Origin: Squalus acanthias
Lineage: Eukaryota
Direction: 5' to 3'
NCBI GenBank assembly: GCA_030390025.1
Contig: CM059432.1
Span: forward strand, 53,508,001-53,572,000
Length of the DNA stretch: 64,000 nt
Of the stretch, positions 13,271 to 26,252 are shown piece by piece. The position numbers and the translations under genes are program-made. Each line of letters begins with the position of its first letter. Position 1 is the stretch's first letter. Under the pieces are notes generated by a model. That model searched no databases and was not told where the DNA came from. It was given only the letters and a program-made list of their open reading frames with translations.

Positions 13271-15842
13271 GTGGTTATGTTACTGGACTAGTAATCCAGA
13301 GGCCTGGGCTAAAGATCCAGAGACATGAGTGCAAATCCCACCATGGCAGCTCGGGAATTTAAATTCAGTTAATTAAATAAATCTGGAATTAAGTGCTAGT
13401 ATCAGTAATGGTAACCATGAAACTACCGGATTATCGTCAAAACCCATCTGGTTCACTAATGTACTTTAGGGAAGGAAATATGCTGTCCTTACCTGGTCTG
13501 GCCTATATGTGACTCCAGATCCACAGCAATGTGGTTGACTCCTAATTGGCCAAGCAAGCCACTCAGTTGTATCAAACTGCAATGAAAAATAATAAGAAGA
13601 ATAAAACCGGATTTGGAAATGACAAAGGCAGTTGCCATTGACCCTGCAAAATCCTCCTCACTAACATGTGGAGAAAAAATTGGGAGAGCTGTTTTTCAGA
13701 CTAGACAAGCAACAACCTGACATAGTCATACTCACAGAATTATACCTTTCATCCAACGCCCCAGACTCCTCCATCACCATGCCTGGGTATGTCCTGTCCC
13801 ACCAGCAAGACAAACCCACCAGAGGTGACGGCACAGTGCTGTACAGTTGTGAGGGAGTGGCCCTGGAAGTCCTCAACATTGACTCTGGACCCCATGAAGT
13901 CTCATGGCATCAGGTTAAACATGGGCAAGGAAACCTCCTGCTGATTACCACCTACCGCCCTCCCTCAGCTGATGAATCAATACTCCTCCATGTTGAACAC
14001 CACTTGGAAGATGCACTGAGGGTAGTAAGAGCACAGAATGTACTCTGGGTGTGGTACTTTAATGTCCATCACCAAGAATGACACCACTACTGACAGCTGG
14101 CCAAGTCCTGACATAGCTGCCAGTCTGGGCCTGCGGCAGGTGGTGAGAGAACCAACACGAGGGGAAAACCTACTTGATCTCGACCTCACCAATCTACCTG
14201 TCACAGGTGCATCTGTCCATGACAGCATTGGCATAAATGACCACTGCACAGTCCTTGTGGAGAGAAGTCCCATTTTCACACTAAGGATACACTCCATCGT
14301 GTTGTGTGGCACTACCACCGTGCTAAATGGGATAGATTCAGCACAGATCTAGCAGCTCAAAACTGGGCATCCATGAGGCGCTGTGGGACATCAGCAGCAG
14401 CAGAATTGTATTCCACCACAATCTGTAACCTCATGGCCCGGCATATCCCTCACTCTACCATTACCATCAAGCCAGGGGACTAACCCTGGTTCAATGAGAA
14501 GTGTAGAAGAGCATGCCAGGAGCAGCACCAGGCGTACCTAAAAATGAGGTGCCAACCCGGTGAAGCTACAACACAGGACTACGTGGATGCTAAACAGCGG
14601 AAGCAGCATGCTATGGACAGAGCTAAGTGATCCCACAACCAATGGATCAGATCAAAGTTCTGCAATCCTGACGCATCCAGTCGTGAATGGTGGTGGACAA
14701 TTAAATAACTAACGGGAGGAGGGGGCTCCATGAACAGCCCCATCCTTAATGATGGTGGAGCCCAGCACGTGAGTGCAAAAGACAAGGCTGAAGCATTTGC
14801 AACCATCTCCAGCCAGAAGGGCCGAGTGGATGATCCAGCTCGGCCTCCTCCTGAGGTCCCCACCATCACAGAAGCCAGTCTTCAGCCAATTCAATTCACT
14901 CCACATGATATCAATAAACAGCTGAGCGCACTGGATATTGCAAAGGCTATGGGCGCCAACAACATCTCAGTTGTAGTGCTGAAGACTTGTACTCCACAAC
15001 TAGCCATGCCTCTAGCCAAGCTGTTCCAGTACAGCTACAATACTGGCATCAATCCGACAAAGTGGAAAACTGCCCAAGTATGCCCTGTCCACAAAAAGCA
15101 GGACAAATCCAATCCGCCCAATTACTGCCCCATCTATCTACTCTCAATCATCAGCAAAGTGATGAAAGGTGTCATCGACAGTGCTATCAAGCAGCACTTA
15201 CTCACCAATAACCTGCTCACCGATGCTCAGTTTGGGTTCCGCCAGGAACACTTGGCTCCAGACCTCATTACAGCCTTGGTCCAAACATGGACAAAAGAGC
15301 TGAATTCTGGAGGTGAAGTGAGAATGACTGCCCTTGACATCAAGGCAACAGTTGACCGAGCGTGGCATCAAAGAGCCCTAGTAAAATTGAAGTCAATGGG
15401 AATCGGGGGTAAACTCTCCACTGGCTGGAGTCATACCTAACACAAAGGAAGATGGTTGTGGTTGTTGGAGAACAATCATCTCTGCCCCAGAACATTGCTG
15501 CAGGAGTTCTTCAGGGCAGTGTCCTAGGCCCAACCATCTTCAGCTGCTTCATCAATGACCTTCCCTCCACCATAAGGTCAGAAATGGGGATGTTCGCTGA
15601 TGATTGCACAGTGTGCAGTTCCATTCGCAACTCCTCAGATAATGAAGCAGTCCGTGCCCGCATGCAGCAAGACCTGGACAACATTCAGGCTTGCGCTGAT
15701 AAATGGCAAGTAACATTTGTGCCACACAAGTACCAAGCAATGACCATCTCTAACAAGAGAAAATCTAAGCACCTCCCCATGACATTCAATGGCATTGCCA
15801 TCGTCGAATCCCCCACTATCAATATCCTGGGGGTCACCATTG
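13271..15842 (+). mobile_element. CR1-group LINE (second family) with tRNA-derived 5' head, degenerate APE-RT
   Basis: A tRNA-like arm CTGGA-CTAGTAA-TCCAG and a B-box-like GAGTGCAAATCCC precede APE motifs (PDIVILTE, YRPP, NLLDL, DH) and RT motifs (QFGFR, ALDIK, QGSVLGP, FADD). Confidence 0.85.
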
Positions 15843-16085
15843 AGGTCACATAAGGAAAAACTTTTTTATGCAACGAGTGGTTAGGATTTGGAATACACTG
15901 CCTGATACAGATTCAATAGTAGCCTTCAAAAGAGAATTGGATAAATACTTGAACAAGAAAAGATTGTTATGCTATGGAGAAAGAGCAGGGGAGTGGAACT
16001 AACTGGATTGGTCTTCGAAAAAGTCGGCACAGATTCGATGGTCCGAATGGCCTCCTTCTGTGCTGTACTATTCTATGATTCTATG
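15843..16085 (+). mobile_element. CR1 3' end fragment
   Basis: Resembles the other CR1 3' ends in the window and ends in an (ATTCTATG)n-like tail. Confidence 0.75.
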
Positions 16086-17084
16086 AATAGGAGCCCTTTC
16101 TGTTCATATAGACAAGCGGTTAATGTGAAGAACCCCAATGGTCATGTGGATGCCATATATTGCAGTCTGGACCATAGGCAACCCTGCTATCTGATGAAGG
16201 TTCTGTAAACTATCCATCCACAGGAAAAATTATGAAGATGTTGATTCTTGAAAGTAAAGTGGGGTAATTGTAACCTTTGCTGATAGTGTAAAACGGGCGA
16301 TATATGATTGACCTTCCAATATACACCTCTCCCGATTTTCCTTTCCATTGAAGTCAGCGGATTAATCAGGTGCCTTTCGTAAATGGGAAAGGTGGGCTCC
16401 TGAAAAATGTCTCCCATTATCTGACATTTCTCTTTGGCATGAAGTGTGATATGCTCCCAACCAGTAAGGATCCATACCACTAGTGCAGTCTCACAAAATT
16501 GGAGTTCACATTGCAAAATGTGTTGAAACAAGTAAGGATCTCAATATGTACGAGATTCTGGAATGTTTCAACTTCCTGAAAATGTTTCATTTTGACATGA
16601 AATATGTAGTAATTCAACAATCCTCTCTGCTCCCTGAAATCTCAATGTTTGGCTTCTTTTATCACATTTTGTAATTATGAAGTGCTCTTAACATAATACA
16701 TCTACATGAATCAGTGGCAGCTGTCTCAATTTTGCTTGGATAATGTGACTTGTAGACATCAGGACACATGGCTGTGTGCAGCTATAACATTTTAATATGG
16801 TTAATGAATGTAGAGTAAATGACAACACAAGGAAAGCGTGCAACCTTCTCGGTCTCTTTTGAATTTACTTTGACAGGCAAATGCCCAGCCATTCAGCAGG
16901 TCATTCAGATAAATTACATTTTTTTTAAATGTATCTTAAAACCTATTGATCTGACAGATGTTTACTTTTGAGCTTTTAAAAATGTGTAATTTTAATTGTT
17001 AAATAACTTGATAATGTCGATGCTCAGTACTTTGAAGTGTCAGTCTTAATCCGCTTGCTGCTGATTCAGAACGATTCATGAGCT

Positions 17085-17990
17085 TAAACCCCACTCCAGC
17101 ATTTAATCACATAATCCAGGCTGACATTTCAGTGCAGTACTGAGGGAATGCTGCACTGTCAGAGGTGCTGATCTTCCAGCTGAGATGGCACACCAAGACC
17201 CTGTTTACCTGCTCAGGTGGTTGTAAAAGAACCCATGGCCATATTTAAAGGCTTGACCAGCATTTATCCCTCAACCAACACCACCAAAAACAGATTAACT
17301 TGTTATTTAACTCACTGCTGTTTTTGGGACCTTGCTGTGCACAAATTGGTTGCCGCGTTTGCCTACAGAACAGTAATGACTCGGCTCAATTTTGATATCT
17401 GGCGTACATCGTGTGCTTTGCCTGCCTGATGATGTTGACGCGAGGACCGATCCATTTTCGTGGTCAGTCTTCATTATTATAGAATCAGTGAGCTACCAAC
17501 GTTGAACTTGCACTGACAATAAGCTCGCTGATTGGGCGGAGGGGGGTCGAGCCGTCTGCTTCTCATTAAAGTAGGGTGAGGCAATCCAGGGGGAGGGTAC
17601 GGAAGTTCTGGTATGGATGGGAAAGCTTTTGTGTGGCCAGGAGGAGCATTCATGCACACAGCACACGTTCTGCCCAGTGGAAGACCAAAGTTGCACATCT
17701 TAGGACCATGATTGAAATATATCAATGAGGCTCCCACCTGTTTCAGGCAAGAATGCTGGGCACCTAAATTGAGGTCTCCTCCAAAATCACATCAGGTGGG
17801 GCTCAGGCGGCAAGTGAGAAGTAGATTTTCACTTTACATTTTTGTCTTACTACCACCCGTTTCATGCTGTAAAATGGGTCACTCTTGAGACAAAAATTGC
17901 CCCAACACTTCTAAAGTACCTCATTGGCTGTGAACCATTTGGGACATCCTGAGGATATAAAAGGTGCGACAGAAATGCCATTTCTTTCTT
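17085..17990 (+). mobile_element. DeuSINE (SacSINE1/AmnSINE1-like), split by a ~520-bp TIR element at ~17382-17904
   Basis: Colinear with the SINE copies at 50907 and 54509 (GGCTGACA...CAGTGCAGTACTGAGGGAATGCTGCACTGTCAGAGGTG). The insert has GGCTCAATTTTG / CAAAAATTGCCCC ends. Confidence 0.75.
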
Positions 17991-18911
17991 TAAGGCAGTC
18001 TCAGCCTTCAAATCTACATAGGGATATGGAGTGGAGCTCCTTTATATTATATATTCTCAGCATAATTGAACTAATTAAGCTAATCTATGGTGATAAAGGT
18101 GAAATTTCAGAATTGACAGATCCCAACTGAAGATATCGAAATGACGTATTAAATTCTAGCTTATCTGATTTATCTTTTTTAAGCACCTAGTGTCACTAAA
18201 ATAAATGGAAATAGGAAGCAATATTAATAGTAGAGTGGCTGTTAGGAGATCATGACTGCTGATGCCAAGAGAAACCCCCTAACAACAGAGGAAGCCTCGG
18301 GCTGGAAACCTGAGCATCAGTTTGCTGTTCCATGTCTGCCATCTTCATCTGCAAGAAAAGTGTGCTATCCAACCTTTGGCACAATGAAAGAAGGTGTGCA
18401 AAGGGACAATGGTTGTGCACAATGCTTGAACGAGTACCTCCCAGCTTAAGTTTGTGCATCGCTTAATGAACTCTAGAAGAAATATGTGCTAAAGGGAGCA
18501 GCACACTTATCCTTGCCTTCCTCTTGAGACCAGCAAACTTCTTCCTTATTTGCAGCTAGTTGGAAAGCACCTGAATTATTGTATTAATTCATTTGGCAAC
18601 CTCCCTCTGTGCAACTTAAATCTATTCCTTTTAATGGAGGTTGGGCTTCAGCCTCAAATAGCGCCACCCTCTGGTGTACACCCATGGTGTACCTCCGGTA
18701 GCAGCAAAGCTAGCAGATACCTGTCTCGATTGTGCCACTACAACTTCTTCTTTAATGGCTAGCTGCAGCCCTTTGAAAACTGTTGTCTTGCCCGATTCTC
18801 GATCCCCAGCCAAGTATATTACATGATGTGGAGATGCCGGCGTTGGACTGGGGTGGACAAAAATGAGAAGTCGCACAACACCAGGTTATAGTCCAACAGA
18901 TTTATTTAATT

Positions 18912-18950
18912 TTACAAGCTTTCGGAGCTGTTCGCTCCTTCTTCAGGTAG
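18912..18950 (-). ncRNA. Minimal type I hammerhead ribozyme motif
   Basis: Minus strand reads UAC-CUGAAGA-A-GGAGC(GAACA)GCUCC-GAAA-G-CUU-GUA. Confidence 0.75.
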
Positions 18951-19167
18951 GGTAGCTGTGAGAGAATCTCCCAGAATTCACAATATAAACACAGAAAAAA
19001 TCTATTCAAATCTTTCCCTACATCAAAGACACACTAAGAGCACAGCCAAGACAATGAGATGTGTCCCAGGGGGTCCAACGTGTCAAAACACCTGCTGGCT
19101 GCATATCCTCTCCATTTGTGTTAGTCTTTTTAAAACAAAACCTGGAAAGACCGGCCATGATGTCAAG

Positions 19168-20049
19168 TCACGTTCTGTATCGTGACATGAACCCGATATC
19201 GCGATTGAGGCCATCCTCATGAGTGCGGAACTTGGCTATCAGTTTCTGCTCTATGATTTTGCGCTGTCGTGTATCCCGAAGGCCACCTTGGAGAACGCTT
19301 ACCCGCAGATCCGAGGCTGAATGCCCCTGACTGCTGAAGTGTTCCCCGACTGGGAGGCAACCCTCCTGCCTGGCGATTGTTGCGCGGTGTCCGTTCATAC
19401 GTTGTCTCAGTGTCTGCATGGTCTCGCCGATGTACCATGCTCTGGAGCATCCTTTACTGCAACGTATCAGGTAGACAACGTTGGCCGAGTCACATGAGTA
19501 TGTACCATGTACCTGGTGGGTAGTGTCCTCACGTGTGATGATGGTATCTGTGTCCATGATTTGGCATGTCTTGCAGAGGTTGCCGTGGCAGGGTTGTGTG
19601 GTGTCGTGGTTGGTGTTCTCCTGAAAGATGGGTAATCTGCTGCGAACGATGGTACTTTTGAGGTTAGGCGGCTGCTTGAAGGCGAGTAGTGGAGGCGTGG
19701 GGATGGCCTTAGCAAGGTGTTCGTCGTCATCGATGACATGTTGAAGGCTGCGAAGAACATGGCGTAGTTTTTCCGCTCCGGGGAAGTACTGGACGACGTA
19801 GGGTACTCTGTTGGTTGTGTCCCGTGTTCGTCTTCTGAGGAGGTCTATGCGGTTTTTCGCTGTGGCCCGTCGGAACTGTCGATCGACGAGTCGAGCGTCA
19901 TATCCCGTTCTTACGAGGGCGTCTTTCAGTGTCCGTAGGTGTCCATCGCGTTCCTCCTCGTCTGAGCAGATCCTGTGTATTCTCAGGGCTTGTCCATAGG
20001 GGATGGCTTCTTTAACGTGGTTAGGGTGGAAGCTGGAGAAGTGGAGCAT
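19168..20049 (-). CDS. PLE RT thumb/linker plus GIY-YIG endonuclease (partial, open frame)
   Basis: HFSSFHP...IPYGQALRIHRICS; CHGNLCKTC; NVVYLIRC...WYIGET; RMNGHR; EQKLIAKF...GLN. Confidence 0.88.
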   Translation of the reverse strand: MLHFSSFHPNHVKEAIPYGQALRIHRICSDEEERDGHLRTLKDALVRTGYDARLVDRQFRRATAKNRIDLLRRRTRDTTNRVPYVVQYFPGAEKLRHVLRSLQHVIDDDEHLAKAIPTPPLLAFKQPPNLKSTIVRSRLPIFQENTNHDTTQPCHGNLCKTCQIMDTDTIITREDTTHQVHGTYSCDSANVVYLIRCSKGCSRAWYIGETMQTLRQRMNGHRATIARQEGCLPVGEHFSSQGHSASDLRVSVLQGGLRDTRQRKIIEQKLIAKFRTHEDGLNRDIGFMSRYRT

Positions 20050-20199
20050 CGTGAGGTTGTCCGTGGGCTTGCGGTAGAGTGAAGTGCTGAGGCGTCCGTC
20101 TTTGATGGATATTACAGGCCAAGGCTTCTGGCAAGCCTATCCTGTGCTTGTAGCCATTCAAATTAGTGGAGAGACTCCCATCATAACATTTCTCCGGGA

Positions 20200-20350
20200 C
20201 ATATGAACATACATACGAATTAGGAGCAGGAGTAGGCCACTCGGCCCCTCGAGCCTGCTCCGCCATTCAATAAGATCATGGCTGATCTGATTACTCCACA
20301 TTCCCGCCTACCCTCGATAACTTTTCACCCCCTTGCTTATCAAGAATCTA
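20200..20350 (-). mobile_element. CR1 3' tail fragment
   Basis: Reverse complement of the CR1 3' UTRs at 40590-40690 and 52710-52800. Confidence 0.8.
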
Positions 20351-20585
20351 TTCTTCCTTTGTGCTGCAGACACAGATGAGCGTGTACATTAGGCCAGATC
20401 AGACTTATGTTTCCCAGTATTAAAAATTTGGGCCATATTTTTGTCATGGTTACCAGCTCCTCCTCTGTTTGCACTGCTTTCTGTGCTTCTTTACTGTTTT
20501 GTTATATTTGCAAAACTGAACTTAGAGATTCTAAAATCTGTACCCCATCTGCTATATGTAAGTATTTCCCCAAGGAACTATTATT

Positions 20586-21110
20586 GTGGTAGGCAATTGT
20601 GAGGGGGGAGGAAGCATCGGTCGGCAATCAGGAAGGGGGGAGGCAGTAAATTCCAGTCGGCAATCGGGTGGAAGGAGAGAGAGAGGTCAGCAATTGCAAG
20701 GGCTGGGCCGGGGGTGTGGGGGGGAGGCTGGAGATCGGGGCTAGGGGAGGCCGAAGGCTTCCTTGAGGAGCCTGGGGGGAGCATTCCTGCTCCTACTGGC
20801 TACAAGGAGAGTTGAAAGAGCCACTTCCCTTGGGGAGCTGGCAGCTCCCACCCTGATTTCACTGCTGAGTTTTCCGACCCCTGGGAAAACCGTGCAGCAT
20901 CAGTTAATTTCAAATCAAGCACTGTAGGAGCCCAATTAAAATATGTTAATAGCATCCCGCTGCTCCATTGCGGAACACTCAGAAGCCGCGATATCTTTCT
21001 CCTTAAGAATGGCACCGGCCACTTATGTGGTGAGTTGGGGTTGGGTTACGTGGATTTCACTTTTTAACCACCCCCATCCTGCCCATTGTTGGGGGGTTAC
21101 TATCGAGGCC
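20586..21110. mobile_element. Partial GC-rich Harbinger-related non-autonomous element
   Basis: Shares G-rich GATCGG/GGCAATC repeats and downstream motifs with the elements at 10151, 28057 and 56044; termini unclear. Confidence 0.45.
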
Positions 21111-22147
21111 TAGAAGTCTATTCAGACTCCAGTGTACAATTATCAGGATGCCAACATCAAATTAATAAAGCGATAATAGAGAAAAAGTTATTGCAGAAAT
21201 GATGTTCTGCCTCTGGATTGTCTTAACATGCTTTGTAAATATAACACTTACTAAATGGGTCAGTGACATCTAGTAAGGAGATAGGAAGAATGCTTCAACC
21301 TTTATTTTCATAACATTGACAAACTGACCAATTTGGAATAACTTCAATCTTTCTATGGCATCTAATTGGAAAGACAAATGGACACTTGGACATTTAGCTA
21401 CATCAAATAGTCTCAATAATTTCAAACAGCTGAAAATCAGTACCTTTCTTACTGATGGTTATTTCATTCTCTTTTCCTTACCTAGCTATTTTTCACAAAA
21501 GGCAGATGTTCTTTTGGAGGGGGGAGGCGTTGAAAATAATTGCGAGTGATTTGAGGCCATTAACTTGGATATAGCATTTTTGACAGTAAATACAAAGATA
21601 CAGCACGAAACGGCCACCATTTCTTCAGTGTAAGTTATGGGAGCCCAAATGTAGGCTGGGAATGTACAGAATGAAAATATCATCGTGCTTCCCTAAAGCT
21701 GAAAGCTGAGCTGTGCCACTGAAGCACTGTGGAATCTCAATTCATAGCATTAATACTTAGCCATACCATTCCTGATGGAGGAGTGATCAATACTGTCCCA
21801 GCATACAAAGTAATTAGGTTTCTAGCACAATTAACATCACAAAATATGAATTATTACAAAATGTCAGTCAACAGCTGTGAAGTGGAAATTATTTCAACAT
21901 AAAGCAGTTGGATTCAGTAGGATAGCTGTAAATAATCCAGGTAATATATAGGTAGCAGCTGTCTCTGGCATTATTAATCAGCTCATGAAATTCAGTGTTG
22001 ACAATTGCAAAACAAAAGAAACAGAAAAACAGTATTTAGGAAAGTTGCTGTGAGAAACATTAACAATATGGAGTGTCAGATATATTGGACACCTAACTCA
22101 ATATTTATAGTAACATTTGTAAAAGACTATGGAAAGAAAGTCAATAC

Positions 22148-22383
22148 TGTGGCAGATCGCCACCTAAACGGGCGCAATCCACTTTTCCGTCCGTGGACAA
22201 TAAATCGGGCACCTTGCCTTGAAGGCGCATGCTGCCTTTAAGGCATGAAAAAAGGAGTGGGCGTGGCCCTCAGGGTTTTGCAGAGAAATGTTGTAGCAGC
22301 CATTTTACCAGGAGATGTAATTAAAAGCCATGTGTTCCACATATTGACTCGGCCTCAATTCGTGCTTCGCGGCAGCCACAACA
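22148..22383 (+). repeat. Gypsy 5' LTR
   Basis: Direct repeat of 26253-26488, with 5 differences by manual count. Confidence 0.97.
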
Positions 22384-22384
22384 T

Positions 22385-22396
22385 TGGTGACCCCGA
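22385..22396 (+). promoter_or_regulatory. Primer binding site, tRNA-Trp
   Basis: TGGTGACCCCGA is complementary to the eukaryotic tRNA-Trp 3' end ...TCGGGGTCACCA. Confidence 0.85.
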
Positions 22397-22423
22397 TGCT
22401 CAGAACGTATTCCGAGCACTGCA

Positions 22424-25400
22424 ATGGCGGACACGAACGCAGTTTCCGTGAAACTGCCGGAGTTTTGGGAAAACCAGCCCGAAGCCTGGTTCCTCCAAGC
22501 CGAGGCCCGATTCCAGCGACACATCACCACAGATGGGACGAAGTACGACTACCTCGTCACATCACTCGGTAGCTCCACAGTTACAAAGGTCTGGACAGCA
22601 CTGCAGAACCCACCACAGGAGGACAAGTATGCACATCTTAAGGCCGCGCTCCTTAAAAAATTTACGGCTTCGACATACCAGCGAAACTGCCAAGTCCTCA
22701 ACCTTCCAGGCCTCGGTGATGCCTCACCGTCAGACCTCCTCTCCCACATGGTCTCCCTCACCGACGAGAGCCCACCCGGATCCCTCTTCCGCACGCTGTT
22801 CATCCGCCAGCTACCTCTCAGCATTCGCCCAGCGATCGTGGTGTCCGGCCTCACGGACCTGGAAGCCCTGGCCGATGAGGCCGACAAGCTGCTGTCCGCT
22901 CACTCCAGCCGCGACGTCACTCCGGACCTGGCAGCCACTGCCTGGGCGCGCCACTCACCGGCCACCACGCGGCCACAAGGCCCAGCCACCGGGCTCACGG
23001 GGCCTTCGCGCCCCACTAACCCGGGCCACTGTTACTACCACGCACGGTTCGGCGCCAGGGCACAACGGTGCACACCTCCCTGCTCTTTCAAGTCCGCCCC
23101 CGTACCAGCCCCCGCGATGGCCGTGGGCCACGCGGGCTCCCTGCTGTACGTCACGGATGACAAAACCGGCCGCCGGTTCCTGTGCGACACTGGAGCTCAG
23201 CACAGCATCATCCCGGCCTCCGCCCTCGACATCCAAAAGGGCAAACAAGGACCGGCGCTGGCTGCTGCTAACGGCTCGGACATCCGGACGTACAGTACCC
23301 GCACTGTCACCCTCGACCTCGCTGGTCGCCGCTACCGATGGGAGTTCATCACTGCCAAGGTGCTCTCCCCTCTCATCGGCGCAGATTTCCTGTGCGCCCA
23401 CGGCCTACTGGTAGACATCCCTTGACACCGCCTCGTGGACATGAACACCATGTCCCCCATCCTGGGCGCCATGGCCCCCCGTCAACCCGCCGACATGGCG
23501 TCACAGTGCCACGCCCGGGCCACGGATGACTACTCGGCACTCCTGGCCGAATTCCCGGCCCTTACCAATCCGACCTTCTCCGCGGAGGCCGCCAAACACG
23601 GGGTGGAACACTTCATCCCCACCACAGGCCCCCCAGTGTACGCCCACGCCCGCAGGCTGGACCCGGCCAAACTGGAGATCGCGCGGACCGAGTTTGCCAC
23701 CATGGAACAGCTCGGCATCATCCGCCGCTCCAACAGTCCCTGGGCCTCCCCACTCCACATCGCCCCCAAACCAGGTGGGGGTTGGCGCCCCTGCGGGGAT
23801 TACCGTCGCCTCAACGACGCCACCACCCCTGACCGGTACGCCGTGCCGCACATCCAGGACTTCTCGGCTAGACTGGCCGGCCGCTCAGTCTTTTCCAAGG
23901 TCGACCTGGTGCACGGCTACCACCAAGTCCCCGTCCACCCCGCGGACGTCCCCAAGACGGCCGTAATCACCCCCTTCGGCCTTTTCGAGTTCCTGCGGAT
24001 GCCCTTCGGCCTCAAAAACGCGGCCCAGGCATTCCAACGGCTCATGGACTCGGTCCTTCGGGACCTGAAGTTCCTGTTCGTCTACCTGGACGACATCCTG
24101 GTAGCCAGTTCCTCCAAGCAGGAACACCTCGAACACCTTCGCATCCTGTTCGGGCGCCTCAGCGACCACGGGCTCATCCTCAGCCCAGCCAAATGCCAGT
24201 TCGGCCTGGACAAGATCGACTTCCTCGGCCACCACATCACCCATGCTGGGGCCATTCCCCTGCCCACCAAGGTGCAGGCCGTCCAACAATTTCCCCGCCC
24301 CACCACCATCAAAGGCCTCCAGGAGTTCCTCGGGATGGTGAATTTCTACAACCGCTTCATCCCCAAAGCGGCGTCCCTCATGAGGCCCCTGTATGAAGCC
24401 CTCTGGGGCAGGAGCGGCAAGATGGCGGTCGAATGGACGGCAGACGCGTCAGCCACCTTCGACTCCACCAAGACCGCGCTCGCCAACGCCACCCTGCTCG
24501 CGCACCCACAGCCCAATGCCAGGATTGCGCTCACCACGGACGCCTCCGACCACGCGGTCGGCGCCGTGTATGAGCAGTGGGTCGACGGCGCCTGGCAACC
24601 ACTTGCCTTCTTCAGCCGCCAACTACACCCCCCGGAGGTCAAGTACAGCACCTTCGACCGCGAGCTCCTCGCGCTGTTCCTGGCGGTCCGCCATTTTCGG
24701 TTTTTGCTGGAGGGCCACCCCTTCACTGCGTTTGTCGACCACAAACCCCTGACATTCGCAATGGCAAAGACAACCGACCCCTGGTCCGCCAGGCAGCAGC
24801 GCCAGCTCGTGGCAGTGTCCGAGTTCACCACGGACATCCAAAACGTCTCCGGCCGAGACAATGTGGTAGCCGACTGCCTCTCCCGCCCCGCCATCCACGC
24901 CGCACACCTGGCAGTCGACTACGCTCAACTCGCAGCATACCAGATCACCGACCCTGATCTGCTCTCCGCACCTACCAACCTACCAGGGCTACGCCGAGCC
25001 GACGTCGCCTGTGGCCCGACCGCAGTCACGGTCAAGTGCGACATATCCCTATGTCAACCTCGGCCCGTCGTCCCAGCGTCCTGGCGCCGCCGGGTATTCG
25101 AGATTCTCCACAACCTCTCCCACCCCGGCGCCCGCGCATCCATCAAATTGGTAGCCAACCGCTTTGTCTGGCGCGGCCTTCGCAAGGATGTGTGTACTTG
25201 GGCCAACTCCTGCCTAGCCTGCCAATGGGCCAAGGTGCAGTAACACACGAAAACACCCCTCGAGGAGTTTACCGTCCCTTCGCGTAGATTCGACCACATC
25301 CACGTGGACATCGTCGGGCCCCTGCCGCCGTCGCAAGGCCACACGCACTTGCTGACGATCGTTGACCGCACCACGCGCTGGCCCGAGGCAATTCCACTGA

Positions 25401-26232
25401 CCTCTACCACCACCGCCGACATCGCCAGAGCCTTCGTCAGCACCTGGGTCGCACGGTTCGGCGTCCCCTCCGACATGACGTTGGACAGAGGTCCGCAATT
25501 TACCTCTGAACTCTGGACCGCCGTCGCACGCAATCTCGGGGTGACCATTCACCGCACCGCAGCGTACCACTCCAAGCCAACGGACTGTGTGAGCGGTTCC
25601 ACAGATCCTTGAAGGCATCTCTTCGAGCCAGCCTCCAGGACGGCGCCTGGACCGACCGACTCCCGTGGGTCCTCCTCGGCCTGCGCACCATGGTTAAAGA
25701 AGACCTCCACGCATCGGCAGCAGAGCTCGTGTACGGTCAGCCGCTGCGCATACCCGGCGAGTTCCTGCCCACCGCCACGACACCCTAGTCAGCCGACCAG
25801 CAACGGCACGACTTCGCCTCACCAGTGCTACAGTTCGCCCCGGTGCCCATTGCCCGACATGGCAAATCCACCTCACACGTCCCACTAAGCCTGCACCAGG
25901 CACGGTTCATTTTCGTCCGGCACGACACCCACTGCGGACCCCTTCAACCCCCGTACGATGGGCCCTACAAGGTGCTACAGGCTGGGGACAAATTTTTCAC
26001 CCTGCAAGTGGGCGACTGGACCGAAAAAGTGTCGGTTGACCGACTCAAGCCAGCACACTCGGAGCCCGGTGAGCAGGTCCCTGTAGCTCGTCCATCGCCA
26101 CGCGGCCGACCTGCCCTCAAGCCAGTTCACCCGGCTGCTCCACGCCCGGCCGTTGCACGTCCACCGGCGTCCTACAAGAGCCGCTCCGGCCGGCCCATCA
26201 GACCGCCGCACCGTCTCGTCCACACCTCCTAA
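22424..26232 (+). pseudogene. gag-pol: Gypsy gag-pol polyprotein, single frame, disrupted
   Basis: Gag KLPEFW...AWF and CYYHARFGARAQRCTPPC; PR CDTGA; RT YLDD; RH TDAS/DRELLA; IN H-H-C-C and DIVGP; GPY motif. Stops at 23423, 25241 and 25786, and a frameshift near 25570. Confidence 0.95.
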
Positions 26233-26252
26233 GCGGATTCTGGGGGGAGCTG

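Larger units (their letters stand above)
18824..20108 (-). mobile_element. Penelope-like element, 5'-truncated
   Basis: RT C-terminus plus GIY-YIG endonuclease, a hammerhead motif in the 3' region, and a flanking direct repeat ATATTACA at 18816-18823 and 20109-20116. Confidence 0.93.

Noticed and set aside
18250..18459. Candidate minus-strand exon after TTTTCTTGCAG (similar case near 26630)
   Set aside because: Acceptor-like sites are present, but there is no convincing donor or recognisable peptide.
18658..18676. CTCF-like site GCGCCACCCTCTGGTG
   Set aside because: It mismatches core positions in either register and cannot be supported without ChIP data.
22533..25691. Many overlapping and antisense ORFs within the Gypsy element
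   Set aside because: These are an expected by-product of high GC content in a coding region.
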